Positions 9,664-19,954 of a DNA stretch of 44,854 nucleotides are shown piece by piece. A model generated the notes under the pieces. It saw only the letters and a list, made by a program, of their open reading frames with translations, was not told the DNA's origin and searched no databases. The stretch comes from Bradymonadales bacterium (GTDB lineage: Bacteria > Bdellovibrionota > UBA2394): NCBI GenBank assembly GCA_007693605.1, contig REDG01000022.1:1-44854 (forward strand). Direction: 5' to 3'. Positions within the stretch are counted from its first letter, which is position 1. Each line of letters starts with the position of its first letter. The translations under genes were made by a program, and so were the position numbers.

Positions 9664-10878
9664 CTATAGCTGAACGAGTTGAGGTTGACGAGGGCTTTTG
9701 AGGGCCTGTTTGGGGTAGAATTCCCGAGTCATTTCATGGACAAAGCGAAGGCTTTTCAGGGCGTCAAAAAACTCAAGAAAGCGTTGAGACCTTCGTGGCT
9801 CTCTCTCTTGTTCTTGAATCTTCAGCAATTCAGCCCAGTGGCCCTGCTTTTGCAGAACAAAGCGAGTTCGTTCGCTAAGCCGCTCTAGTTGAGAGTCTCT
9901 GAATGCTGTCAATAGCTCTTTGAGTTCAGCAAAGCAGCGCGGATCGTAGAGTTCAGGCAGGCATCCTTTTTTTAGCTGATCTCCAATCTTTAGAGTCGAC
10001 TGGGTCGTTCCAAACAGAACCTCTGTTCGTAGGCGCCCTTGCAGTTCAATGGGCTGGCCGACGAGCTCTTGAATCGGTCCTATTTTGCGAAGTTTGTTCA
10101 AGATATAAAAGTCTTCTCCGGCCTCTCGATTCGGAAAGCCTCGAACTTGTGCATAAGCTTGAACAGGAATTGCCAAACAGCTTCCTAGGCTGACATAGGC
10201 GAAGGGGGATCGAGCCCATTTGAGTTGATCGGCGTAGTATCTAATAGAGTAATCATAAAAGCGAAGAGCTTCTTTGTAATCTCCGAGCCCATCGGTCAGG
10301 TGAAAAAACGGATAAAGGGCGGCTGAAAATTCTTGTGCATTTGATTCTGAGACTCTCAAAAAATAGTCGTCTGGCAAACGCGCGTCGGCATCAGAACTGT
10401 GTATCCAGGAGCCTTGCATGCGGCCTGTCGCGAAGAGCTGGCAGGCAAGATCGAAGCCGATTTTTCGAGCGAGGCCCACGCCCTGCTTTTCTTTAAAGAA
10501 AAAGCCCTGCTGAGAATGATGAAGCACGCAAAAGTTGGTTGCCTGTATTTTGAAGCAGTAAGAGTACTGTCCTTCTCGAAGTTTTGAGTTGGCGGAATCA
10601 GATCTAGAGAGCAGCTTTTCGACGAGGGCTTGGTTGGCAGCGAGGCAGGCCCGCGAGTCTGTTTGTCTCGCATTGATTACAAGAATAAAGAGCGCTTCAG
10701 CCTTAGATCGAAGCCTTAGCCAGGTCTCAAGGCTTTTCCAAAACTCTTCACTTTCATTCTTGATGGGAACGACACAGATATGACTCAGTTTCGAGGGGAG
10801 TTCTTCAAGTGTTTGGAGGATGTCATGAGAGACATCAGAGTGGGATCTTAGATACTTTTGAAGGCTTAAGTTGCGCAT
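9664..10878 (-). CDS. putative GT-A fold glycosyltransferase, function unknown
   Basis: VVPIKNE start, GVGLARKIG, SSDAD (DxD) and AGEDFY motifs typical of GT2-like folds. Confidence 0.65.
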   Translation of the reverse strand: MRNLSLQKYLRSHSDVSHDILQTLEELPSKLSHICVVPIKNESEEFWKSLETWLRLRSKAEALFILVINARQTDSRACLAANQALVEKLLSRSDSANSKLREGQYSYCFKIQATNFCVLHHSQQGFFFKEKQGVGLARKIGFDLACQLFATGRMQGSWIHSSDADARLPDDYFLRVSESNAQEFSAALYPFFHLTDGLGDYKEALRFYDYSIRYYADQLKWARSPFAYVSLGSCLAIPVQAYAQVRGFPNREAGEDFYILNKLRKIGPIQELVGQPIELQGRLRTEVLFGTTQSTLKIGDQLKKGCLPELYDPRCFAELKELLTAFRDSQLERLSERTRFVLQKQGHWAELLKIQEQEREPRRSQRFLEFFDALKSLRFVHEMTREFYPKQALKSPRQPQLVQL

Positions 10879-10897
10879 GACCCTTAAACAATTTTCT

Positions 10898-11506
10898 TTA
10901 GTGAACTGCAGGTCGTAGTTTCAGGACAGAGACAATCTCGGCCTCTCGTTGAAGTAAAAAGCGGAGCCTTTCTTCTACTTGTTCTTGTTCAAAGTACAGG
11001 CAAGCAAGATCCACAAAAGACTGATGATGTCTCGCCTCAGCTTCAGTCAGTTTGCGATAAAATCGTCGCAGACTCGAGTCTGGATGATTTTCTGCGACCA
11101 AACCAAATCGCTCGGTTCCCCGAGCTTCGACGACTCCAAAGCAGAGGAGTCGATCTAAAAAATGCTCGTCTCGCCCGTGACGACATTCACCCAGAAGGAG
11201 ATTAATGTAAGGATCTTTTTCATCACCTCCGATGGAGATTTTTCTCTCCAAAAGAAGTCGAGCCACTTGATGGAAGTGCAAGAGCTCTTCTCTCGCCAAT
11301 CGAATCATAGGGTCAACTAGGCCCAAACGATCAGGATACTTCACAACGAATTGAATGGCCGTCGCAGAGGCTTTCCGCTCACAGGCGGCGTGATCTACTA
11401 AAAAAAGATCAAATTTTTCAAGCACCTGTGAGATCCAAGCAGGCGAGGTCTTCGCCAAGAGACGAATTTCAAGAGGGGACTCATGGGCTGTTTCTAACTG
11501 AATCAT
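10898..11506 (-). CDS. miaE: tRNA-(ms2io6A37) hydroxylase
   Basis: DHAACERKAS, LAREEL.HF, DPY, EARG.ERF, EARH di-iron motifs. ATG 11506 preferred over the track start 11581. Confidence 0.9.
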   Translation of the reverse strand: MIQLETAHESPLEIRLLAKTSPAWISQVLEKFDLFLVDHAACERKASATAIQFVVKYPDRLGLVDPMIRLAREELLHFHQVARLLLERKISIGGDEKDPYINLLLGECRHGRDEHFLDRLLCFGVVEARGTERFGLVAENHPDSSLRRFYRKLTEAEARHHQSFVDLACLYFEQEQVEERLRFLLQREAEIVSVLKLRPAVH

Positions 11507-11580
11507 GGGGCTTCTCTTAGGCTCTAACGAATTCTCAAGCAAATTGACAAATGTTTTTGAATCTCCTAGCAAGGGGATCA

Positions 11581-11654
11581 ACCCGGGGTGCCTTCGGTGA
11601 AGGCTGAGAAATACCCGTTGAACCTGATCTGGTTAAGACCAGCGGAGGGAAGGT
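11581..11654 (+). ncRNA. TPP (THI-box) riboswitch
   Basis: GGGGTGCC...GGCTGAGAAATACCC..TGAACCTGATCTGGTTAAGACCAGCGGAGGGAAG matches the TPP aptamer consensus; P1 is ACC/GGT. Confidence 0.95.
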
Positions 11655-11657
11655 CTC

Positions 11658-13076
11658 ATGTCGAAAGAATTTTTATCTGAAATACAGCTTCGCTCTTTTC
11701 TAGGGCCCTTAGATTGGTTTGTCTTCTTTTTAGTGTTGGCGGTCACTCTCGGAGCCATCCTTTGGGGGCATTGCCGAAAACAGAGAGCCTCAAACGAGGG
11801 CCCCGATTTTGTTGACTATCTGTTGATGGGGAGAAGGCTCTCGCTGCCTTTGTTTGTGGCGACTCTTGTGGCCACTTGGTATGGCGGCATCTTTGGGGTG
11901 ACTCGAATCGCCTACGAATATGGAATCTACAATTTTTTAACACAGGGCGTGTTTTGGTATTTAAGTTATCTGATATTTGCAATTTTCTTAGTATCTCGAG
12001 CTCGCAGCTTTGAGGCTCTCACATTGCCGGAGATGGTGGGCAAGATGTTTGGTCCGAAGTCGAGGTATCTCGCGGCGGCTTTCAATTTCTTCAATGTCCT
12101 TCCGATTTCGTATGCGATCAGTCTGGGTTTGTTTGCCCAGCTGCTGTTTGGCGGCAGTTTCTTTGTAAACATGAGCTTAAGCGTTGCGGCCGTTGTTCTT
12201 TACTCAATCTGGGGGGGATTTCGCGCGGTTGTCTTCTCAGATCTCATCCAATTTTTTGTGATGTGTAGTGGCGTTGCTCTGGTGGTCATTTTTTCTTTTG
12301 CTGAATTCGGAGGCTTGAACTTTCTTCGGTCTCATTTGCCAGAGGCGCACTTCCATTGGGCGGGCGAGCTCGGCTGGGGCGAGGCTTTGGTTTGGGGTTT
12401 TATCGCGATGGCCACTTTAGTGGATCCGAACTTTTATCAGAGATGCTTTGCAGCGAATTCGACCAGAACGGCGAGGATTGGAATTTTAGTTTCGACAGGC
12501 GTGTGGGTAGTGTTTGACATTTGCACCACGGCTGGTGCTCTTTATGCCCGAGCGGTTTTGCCTGAAGCGGACTCGGGCTTTGCCTATCTGCTCTATGCCG
12601 TCCAACTGTTGCCGGAGGGGCTTCGGGGCTTTTTCCTAGCGGGCATATTGGCCACGATTTTGTCGACCATCGACTCCTACCTCTTTGTTGCCGGTTCGAC
12701 CGTTTCTTATGATTTGTTTCCGGGTCAGTGGCAGAGCCTCGTTAAGAGAATGCGCCTTTCTTTAGTTGTGGTGGCGGTTCTGTCAGTTTTTATGGCGATG
12801 GTCTTTGATGGAAACATAAAGCTTGTGTGGCGAACTTTGGGTACCTATTTTGCGGCCTGTCTTTTGTTTCCTGTCATGTTTGGATTTCTCTTCCCCAAGA
12901 AGATTTCAGACCACCTCTTTGTGGGGGCCAGTTTGGTTGGAGTTGTTGTGGTGACTCTTTGGAGGTGGTCCCCCTACTCAGAGGCGGTCGCCGCTCTTTA
13001 TCCGGGCTTGGTTTCTACCTCTCTGGTCATTCTGGGCTCACTTTGGTTGAGCCGAATTCGGGCAGACAAAGCGTGA
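11658..13076 (+). CDS. sodium:solute symporter family protein, probably a thiamine or thiamine-precursor importer
   Basis: DYLLMGR, ATWYGG, GGFRAVVFSD, YQRCFAA, ILSTIDS SSS motifs; directly behind the TPP riboswitch. Confidence 0.88.
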   Translation: MSKEFLSEIQLRSFLGPLDWFVFFLVLAVTLGAILWGHCRKQRASNEGPDFVDYLLMGRRLSLPLFVATLVATWYGGIFGVTRIAYEYGIYNFLTQGVFWYLSYLIFAIFLVSRARSFEALTLPEMVGKMFGPKSRYLAAAFNFFNVLPISYAISLGLFAQLLFGGSFFVNMSLSVAAVVLYSIWGGFRAVVFSDLIQFFVMCSGVALVVIFSFAEFGGLNFLRSHLPEAHFHWAGELGWGEALVWGFIAMATLVDPNFYQRCFAANSTRTARIGILVSTGVWVVFDICTTAGALYARAVLPEADSGFAYLLYAVQLLPEGLRGFFLAGILATILSTIDSYLFVAGSTVSYDLFPGQWQSLVKRMRLSLVVVAVLSVFMAMVFDGNIKLVWRTLGTYFAACLLFPVMFGFLFPKKISDHLFVGASLVGVVVVTLWRWSPYSEAVAALYPGLVSTSLVILGSLWLSRIRADKA

Positions 13077-13110
13077 TGCTTTCCGATCCCTCTGATATCC
13101 TGGCGAAGCC

Positions 13111-16100
13111 ATGGCGAAGCAAGACAAGAAAGATGTTCGCTCTAGAATTCGGTCCAAAGTGACCAAGATTGTTTCTTGGGTGGCAGGCCTATCGCTGGGC
13201 TCGGTCTTTGCCGCCGTTCTGCTTTCTTTAGTCGCCGTTGCAATTTTTGCTCAAACTCGTTTCTTTCAAGACTGGTTAAGAGATCAAGTGGTCGAGGCAG
13301 CTCAAGACACGCTTGATATTGAAATCGACTACGAAGATGCCCGACTCAGAGTTTTTCGTCTCTTTCCGGAGCTCAGTTTCAATTCCGTAAAGCTGACGGA
13401 CATTAGAACAGATAGTCGAGTTGAGATCGAACAGGTTGCTGTAAGGATATCCGCCTTTTTAAGTGTTCCACTGTTTTTTTGGAATAAGATTTATATTTCT
13501 GAGGCCAGAGTGAGGGGTTTGAGTTACGACTTAGAGACTCTGGATATTCTTGAAGATTGGCGGTCTAGGCTTAGGGGTGAGGGGCAGAAAGCCGAGGAGG
13601 AGCAAGACGAGCCAGGTCGATTTGAAACCATTGTTCATCGAATTTCTTTTCAAGACTTTAGATTGAAAGTGGATCTTCCTGTAGATCTTGAATGGCTTGA
13701 TCGTCTTCAGGCGGAGCTTCGCTTGGAAAACTTTCGGATTCGTATTGATCGAAAGGATACCTTTTTTTCGGGCAATTTCTCTTTTTCAAGAATTGATCTG
13801 GGCGATTATGTTTTACATGAGGGCAGAGTCAGTCTTGAGAACTCGGTCTTGAGTGAAAACGAGCTTCGGCTTGGGCAGTTTCAGCTTCAGACAGTTGATG
13901 ACTTTATTCAGGTCGCAGGCTTGTTTGTTTTCGAAGAGGTTTTAGAGCTTGACCTGGCCAGTGTGCTTCGAATTCGCCTTGAGAATTATTCTGTGGATCA
14001 AGCGGTGACAGGTTTTCTTCGTGCAGACTCCGAAATCAGAGGGCCAATTTCTGGCTTGAGTGGTGTGGGGCGATTTCAGATAGAAGACCTTCATTGGAGA
14101 GATAAGACTTGGGAGGAGATTGCCGGAAGTTGGCGTCTTCAGGAGGATGAGCTTGAACTGCCGGAGGTCCGCTGGTCATCAGGCCAAGAGAGAAGCTCTC
14201 TTCGTGCGACGGTTCCTCTCTCCGATCTCCACGAGGCTCAATGGGGCTTGCAGCTTGGGGGGGCTCACTTTGGGGAGTATCTCGGGCTTGAAGACCAAAA
14301 GCTCTCAAACTATCGGGGTTTGGCAAGCTTGTCGGTCTCTGCAAAGGGAATTCCCTTTATGAGTAGGGTGAGAGATTTTCGATTGGAGGGAGTGATGGAG
14401 GGCCTATCGATTATTGATGAAGGAGGCTCCATCATTTATGACCCTGGGGGAGAAGCTATCCAGTTAGAGTTGGTGGGGGGCTCTGATGACGAAGAAAGCC
14501 TGAAGGTGTCTGGTCGAGTGTCTCCGTCTTTTGCCGATATTCCTGTAGAACTAAGTCTAAGTCTTAAAGAGATTGAGTTGGTTGCTAGCCCAGAATTTAA
14601 TGCTCCTGAGGCGGGTCAACTTTTTGATTTTGCCGTGGGCGTTGTTGGTCCACTTCAAATGCGACTTTTTGGGAGTCTCAAGCAACCTCGTCTTGAGATT
14701 CACCCAAACTTGGATCGCTTTTATCTGGGTCAAATGGAGTTTCAACAGCTTCAGGGTTTGTTTGCCTACCATCATAGAGATATGTGGGCCGAAGATCTTC
14801 AAGCTCACAACTTGAAGGTCAATGGAGGACTTGAATTTCAACCGGGTGGACTTCCAAGTTTGTTTAAACAACTTCAATTTGAGATATCAGATATTAGTTT
14901 TGATTCGATCATCTCGAGCTTAGACCTCTTGCCAGAGGCCAACACCTATCGGCCGAGGGGGCTTTTGAGTGCGAAGGGTCTGTTGGAAGGGCCCATGAGG
15001 TCTCCGACAGGTAAGGGGGATCTGAGCATAAAAGACTTCGCCATTCTTGAAGACCGTGTGCGAGGAAGAGCGGCGAGTTCAGATTGGGCGATCAGTGAGG
15101 GCGCTCTGAGTTTTTCCGATCTTCAAATTCAGGCTTCAAGAGAGGGCGGATTGCTGCGGGGAGAAATCTCTCTGAACAGTGATGGCGAGCTTGAGGACTT
15201 TGACTTGAGGGGGGATCGGGTTCGAGTGAACGATTGGTTCTCGATTTTTGATCTTCAGCTTCCGTTTCAAGCCACCTCAAACTTTCGGCTATGGCAACGG
15301 CTATCGGATCAGTCGTTCGGCTTTCAGGGGGCTTTGATAGAGACCAGTATTGGAGGGGGATTTCTTCCGAACTCTGAATGGAACTTTAGGTCGACTCGGG
15401 CGGAATTCGACGGATCCGCCTCACTTTTGGGCGGTCAGATTCAAGCAAACCTGAGGGATGAAGGGCGACAAGATGCGCGGCTTGAATTTGAGTTGCGCGA
15501 ACTTCGAGTTTCTCGTCTGCTAAGAGTTTTGAATCGGAGCAATCTCGACTTCCAAGTATCAGGGCTTGGAAACTGTCGTGGTCGTCGAAATTCTCGTTCG
15601 AACTTGTTGATCAGCGGTTTTGTGGAAGCACTCACCGGCTGGGAGTGTTCGCTGGCCGTTGAGCCTTCGAGAGTGTTGAGGGCAGGTTCGGAGCTTCATC
15701 GAATGGATCGGTTCGAAGTGGTCGTTGAAAGAAATGCTTCGGAGCGACCTCAGTTGAGGGTGCCAAGTCTCTTGCTAAGGACGAATTCGAAAGTTCTTCA
15801 GCTTGGCGGGTATTTCGCAAGTGCTTCCGACTTTTCGTGGAGCCTGCAAGGGGCAAGCGTTCTTGACAGTCTTTCTTATTTCATTCCGTTTCTGAATCGA
15901 TCGAGTGGAAACCTTCAGGTTGATGGGCGCTGGGATGCGGAGGGTTTTCATGGCTCAGTGGAATTGGACGACGGCACTCTATTTTTTCAGGATTCTCCGC
16001 TGGTTGTTCGAGAGGTTGCGGCACGACTTCGGGCAGAGGAGTCTCGGTTTGATCTTCGGGCGTTGAATGGTCAAATGAGAGACGGCGACATTCGAGCCTC

Positions 16101-17151
16101 TGGGGGATTTGAGTTGAGAAACTTGGATGTTGTGAATGCAGACATTCGAGTGCAGTTAAATGGCCCCCTCTTAGAGCCGCAGTCTGGACTTCGATTTCGC
16201 CTGAACGGTCCGGTGGAGTTAAAGATCTCAGATGGAGACGCACTTATGTCGGGAGACCTAGAGATCTTCGAAGCCAGCTTTCGACGACGAATGAACATTC
16301 GAACAGATCTCTTGAGAGCCTTTCAACCCACCCAGACTCAGTACCGATTTTTTGAGCAGAGAGAGAGTTATATCGATACCTGGCGCTTGAATATTGGCCT
16401 GAAGTCGACACAGCCGGCTGTTATTCGTAACAATATTGCTGACGGAGAGTTGGATCTTGATTTAAGGCTGGTCGGTCGGATTGGGCGGCCCATCTTGCAA
16501 GGAGCGCTCGGGGTGAGAAGGGGTCGGTTTACCTACTTTAACCGAACCTTCGAGGTGGAGTCGGGTTCAGTTCAGTTCGTGGGCTCGCCTTCGAACATTC
16601 CCAGATACGACTTGCGAGCAGAGACCAGGGTTGCTGAGTATAGCGTTTTTCTCAACTTGATTGGCGACTCGGAAGATCAAAGAGTGTTGTATTCTTCAGA
16701 CCCTCCTCTCAGTGAGCGGGAGATTCTTGCCCTTGTCAGTTATGGCATAACACCCGCAAGAGAAGATGAGATTAGAGACGGAGATGTGACAACCCAGGCG
16801 GCCTTCGCCGGAATATCCTTTGTCACGGGACAGCTTCAAGACACCCTAGAGGGCGCTCTTGCGACGGATTTCGGGATTCAAAGGCTTCAGCTTTTTCCGG
16901 CTTTTTTTGAAGAGACGGGCCGAACAGAACTGCAGCTGAAGGTTGGAACCGACTTGATTAGAAACCGACTCTCTCTTAACTATTTGAATTTTGTCACCGC
17001 AGAGGGGGGGCATCAGGTCGAGCTGGACTTTCAGATTAACCGAAATGTTTCGCTGATTGGGGGGTGGAGAGAGATTAGACAGGGTCGAGAGCAGCAGAAC
17101 ATCTCTGGAGATTTTGGGGGAGACATTGTTTTTCGATTTGAGTTTGATTGA
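13111..17151 (+). CDS. tamB: translocation and assembly module TamB-like protein (AsmA-like, C-terminal DUF490)
   Basis: N-terminal TM anchor, long beta-rich body, C-terminal YSSDPPLSEREILAL...DIVFRFEFD. Confidence 0.8.
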   Translation: MAKQDKKDVRSRIRSKVTKIVSWVAGLSLGSVFAAVLLSLVAVAIFAQTRFFQDWLRDQVVEAAQDTLDIEIDYEDARLRVFRLFPELSFNSVKLTDIRTDSRVEIEQVAVRISAFLSVPLFFWNKIYISEARVRGLSYDLETLDILEDWRSRLRGEGQKAEEEQDEPGRFETIVHRISFQDFRLKVDLPVDLEWLDRLQAELRLENFRIRIDRKDTFFSGNFSFSRIDLGDYVLHEGRVSLENSVLSENELRLGQFQLQTVDDFIQVAGLFVFEEVLELDLASVLRIRLENYSVDQAVTGFLRADSEIRGPISGLSGVGRFQIEDLHWRDKTWEEIAGSWRLQEDELELPEVRWSSGQERSSLRATVPLSDLHEAQWGLQLGGAHFGEYLGLEDQKLSNYRGLASLSVSAKGIPFMSRVRDFRLEGVMEGLSIIDEGGSIIYDPGGEAIQLELVGGSDDEESLKVSGRVSPSFADIPVELSLSLKEIELVASPEFNAPEAGQLFDFAVGVVGPLQMRLFGSLKQPRLEIHPNLDRFYLGQMEFQQLQGLFAYHHRDMWAEDLQAHNLKVNGGLEFQPGGLPSLFKQLQFEISDISFDSIISSLDLLPEANTYRPRGLLSAKGLLEGPMRSPTGKGDLSIKDFAILEDRVRGRAASSDWAISEGALSFSDLQIQASREGGLLRGEISLNSDGELEDFDLRGDRVRVNDWFSIFDLQLPFQATSNFRLWQRLSDQSFGFQGALIETSIGGGFLPNSEWNFRSTRAEFDGSASLLGGQIQANLRDEGRQDARLEFELRELRVSRLLRVLNRSNLDFQVSGLGNCRGRRNSRSNLLISGFVEALTGWECSLAVEPSRVLRAGSELHRMDRFEVVVERNASERPQLRVPSLLLRTNSKVLQLGGYFASASDFSWSLQGASVLDSLSYFIPFLNRSSGNLQVDGRWDAEGFHGSVELDDGTLFFQDSPLVVREVAARLRAEESRFDLRALNGQMRDGDIRASGGFELRNLDVVNADIRVQLNGPLLEPQSGLRFRLNGPVELKISDGDALMSGDLEIFEASFRRRMNIRTDLLRAFQPTQTQYRFFEQRESYIDTWRLNIGLKSTQPAVIRNNIADGELDLDLRLVGRIGRPILQGALGVRRGRFTYFNRTFEVESGSVQFVGSPSNIPRYDLRAETRVAEYSVFLNLIGDSEDQRVLYSSDPPLSEREILALVSYGITPAREDEIRDGDVTTQAAFAGISFVTGQLQDTLEGALATDFGIQRLQLFPAFFEETGRTELQLKVGTDLIRNRLSLNYLNFVTAEGGHQVELDFQINRNVSLIGGWREIRQGREQQNISGDFGGDIVFRFEFD

Positions 17152-17163
17152 AATGAATCACTG

Positions 17164-19902
17164 ATGAAGACTTTCGCAGCCACTTTTCTAATATCTCTCG
17201 GATTTATTTTTGGAAAGAGTCTGTTCGGACAGAGCATTTCGCATATTGAAGTGTTGCCCGAGTCTGAGAGGAGCTTTGTGGAGCTCAGTCTTCCCTTTGC
17301 TGTGGGTGATGATTGGCGAGTCGAGCATTCTCGGCTGGCCGACCGCTTTCTGTCTGCGACGGGTCGATTCGAGGCGGTTCGAGTCAACTGGATCTCTGAG
17401 TCAGAGACCCTTCGGGTTGAGGTCGAGCCACGCGAGTTCTTTGGTCGAGTCTTGTGGAGGGGGGACTACCCACGCAATCGCAGGAGCATACAGAGAAGTT
17501 GTGTTCGGTCTCAAGAGGAGAGACGACTGACCCAGGGTCGACTCAACGAAATGACAAACTGTATTCTCAATCAGTTGAGAGGCAGGGGTTATCTCGACGC
17601 CCAAGTCATCGTGTTCGCAGAGAAGGACAGCTTGATTATCGAGACAATGATTGGAGAGCTCTATCAAGTCTCTCGAGTCTCCTTTGATGGGGCGGGAAAA
17701 TTGAGAACCGGCCTACTTCGAGTACGACTTCGAAATCAAGAGAACCAAGCCTTTTTACCTTATCAGATACAAGAGGACAGCGAGCGAATTCGGGAGTATT
17801 ACCGCGATCGAGGCTATCATATGGCCCAAGTCTATCAGCCGAGCATTCGAATCTCACCAGTCGATCGCCAAGTTGAGCTGGAGTGGCGAATTGAGGAGGG
17901 AAATCGCTATCAAATTGAGATTCTGGGCACTTATCGGTCTCAGGACTTGATCGATCGAATTGTGAAGTCGGGCGACTCCTTGCCAGAGTGGTTTCTCGAT
18001 GAGGTCGAAGAAGAAATTCGGGTTGATCTCATGTCTGAGGGGTTTTTAGATGTTCAGATTCGCAGAGAGGATCGCGAGCGAGGATTTCAAAGAAAACTCA
18101 TTCGATTTTTTGTGGATCGAGGCAGGCAATATCGCCTCTTGCGACCGGAGTGGATTGGCGTAAATGATCTCGAGAGCATTGAGGATATTTATTTCTCAAT
18201 TCCACAGTTTAGAGAGGGTCAACGCTTCCATGAGAGTCAGTTTCGAGAGGATTTTGAAGAGATTTTTTTTCCTGCCCTTGCTGAGCGAGGCTATCTTGAT
18301 GTTCGTGTTCGGGCGGTAGAGTTTTCGGTGGACTCTGATCGGGCGCTGGTAACTCCGTTGATCTATATGACGGAGGGGGAGCCCTTTCGAATTGCCGAGG
18401 CAGAGTTTGAGGGCTTTCCGAAAGTCTTTTTGAGAAGCCAGCAAATGAGGCGACTTCGGTCGGTCATGAGGACGGGCAGAATTTACAACCCGATTTTGGC
18501 GGATCGATATCAGCGAGAACTTGAAGAGTTTTTGAAGTCTGAAGGTTATTTAGACTTAGAGATTGAAAGGTCTCGTGAGCTGACAGAGACGGGGGAGTAT
18601 CATTTTCGATTTGAGTGCAGATCAGGGCCTCGCTATCGAGTGGGTCATGTGATTATTAGTGGACTTCGTCGAACACAGCTTCAAGTGATTCGTCGCGAGC
18701 TGCTGGTAGAGCGGGGAGGCTATTTCCGTCAGGAGGCGGTTGACGATAGCATTTCTCAAGTTCTTCGACTTGGAATCGCCAGAAGTGTGGATATTCAAGT
18801 TCTTGAAAAGTACCCAGAAGAGGGGGAAGTGATCTTGATTGCGAGCATCGAGGAGGCGGCTCGCTTTCGTTTTGAGACGGGCCCGGGCTTCGGAACAGTG
18901 GAGGGACTTCGCGCAGTCTTTCGGGGCACTTATGCCAATATCGGAGGAACGGGTCGAAGGTTAAATTTAGGAGCAAGAGCGAGCCGAAAGCTCTCTGCGA
19001 GAGAGAGACCAGACCCCGAGGAGTTTTTAGATCCGAAGCGGGTTCCATTCATTGAGAGACGAGTTTCTTTGGAATATTTTGAGCCTTCCATTTGGGAGTT
19101 TCCCTTAGATGGTCGGATTGTGATTTCTCATCTTCAAGAGTCTCGCCGTCAGTTTGGCGTCTTGCAGAACTCCGTTACCGGATCGATCGACTGGAGAATC
19201 AATCGTCATTTGTCACTGACTCCGGAATATCGGGTAGAGTACTCAAATCCGTTCAATGTGGAGATTACAGAGGGCGTCGTTGCAAGTGACCCGCAGCCCA
19301 ATCGATTGCATTCCCTAAGGACAATCTTTCGGGCGAATTACCTAGATGACAACTTTAGTCCCGTTCAAGGCTATCGAGGAAATGTACGGGCTGAGTTGTT
19401 TGACTCGAGGCTGGGTGGAGATCTTAACTTTTTAATGATCGAGACGACTCAAGATTTTTTCTATCCCCTTTACAGACCCCTCACTCGAAGGCCGATTGGT
19501 TTTGCGGTTTCGCTCAACGCGGGTTTTTCGTCTGCCTATCGAGACACAGAAGCCGTGCCAGTGGAAAAAAGATTTCGATTGGGCGGTGAGACGACCGTGC
19601 GAGGTTTTGCAGAAGACGGAATACTTTTAGAAGATCGAAATGGTGGAAAGAGTCGATTTTTCTTTCGAAGTGAGTTGAATTTTCCATTGGCAGGCAGTTT
19701 GGATCTTTTGGCCTTTTTTGACGGGGGAAATGTCTATCGAACGAACAAGGATTTTAATCCGATAGACATTCGATTGGGCACGGGCTTTGGCTTTCGCGTG
19801 AACACTCCCGTGGGTCCACTTAAGTTTGGTTACGCGTTTATCATCGCGCCCCGTCCTGGAGAAGATTCAGGACGAATCTACTTCGGAGTTGGGCCAATTT
19901 AG
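17164..19902 (+). CDS. Omp85 family (BamA/TamA-like) outer-membrane assembly factor with multiple POTRA domains
   Basis: Repeated Y..RGY / GYLD POTRA motifs, FRLGGETTVRGF, FFDGGNV, GFGFRVNTPVGPL. Confidence 0.9.
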   Translation: MKTFAATFLISLGFIFGKSLFGQSISHIEVLPESERSFVELSLPFAVGDDWRVEHSRLADRFLSATGRFEAVRVNWISESETLRVEVEPREFFGRVLWRGDYPRNRRSIQRSCVRSQEERRLTQGRLNEMTNCILNQLRGRGYLDAQVIVFAEKDSLIIETMIGELYQVSRVSFDGAGKLRTGLLRVRLRNQENQAFLPYQIQEDSERIREYYRDRGYHMAQVYQPSIRISPVDRQVELEWRIEEGNRYQIEILGTYRSQDLIDRIVKSGDSLPEWFLDEVEEEIRVDLMSEGFLDVQIRREDRERGFQRKLIRFFVDRGRQYRLLRPEWIGVNDLESIEDIYFSIPQFREGQRFHESQFREDFEEIFFPALAERGYLDVRVRAVEFSVDSDRALVTPLIYMTEGEPFRIAEAEFEGFPKVFLRSQQMRRLRSVMRTGRIYNPILADRYQRELEEFLKSEGYLDLEIERSRELTETGEYHFRFECRSGPRYRVGHVIISGLRRTQLQVIRRELLVERGGYFRQEAVDDSISQVLRLGIARSVDIQVLEKYPEEGEVILIASIEEAARFRFETGPGFGTVEGLRAVFRGTYANIGGTGRRLNLGARASRKLSARERPDPEEFLDPKRVPFIERRVSLEYFEPSIWEFPLDGRIVISHLQESRRQFGVLQNSVTGSIDWRINRHLSLTPEYRVEYSNPFNVEITEGVVASDPQPNRLHSLRTIFRANYLDDNFSPVQGYRGNVRAELFDSRLGGDLNFLMIETTQDFFYPLYRPLTRRPIGFAVSLNAGFSSAYRDTEAVPVEKRFRLGGETTVRGFAEDGILLEDRNGGKSRFFFRSELNFPLAGSLDLLAFFDGGNVYRTNKDFNPIDIRLGTGFGFRVNTPVGPLKFGYAFIIAPRPGEDSGRIYFGVGPI

Positions 19903-19954
19903 TCTCAATTCGAATTGAAGGATTGAGGGGGGCGCAACTCAACTTGATCGACAC

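Noticed and set aside
11507..11581. N-terminal extension of miaE as given by the ORF track (likewise the extended starts of queC 7202, ftsE 24233, xseA 30911, nuoF 36833, darG 43422)
   Set aside because: The extensions run into neighbouring genes, intergenic or regulatory regions; downstream in-frame starts fit the family N-termini better.
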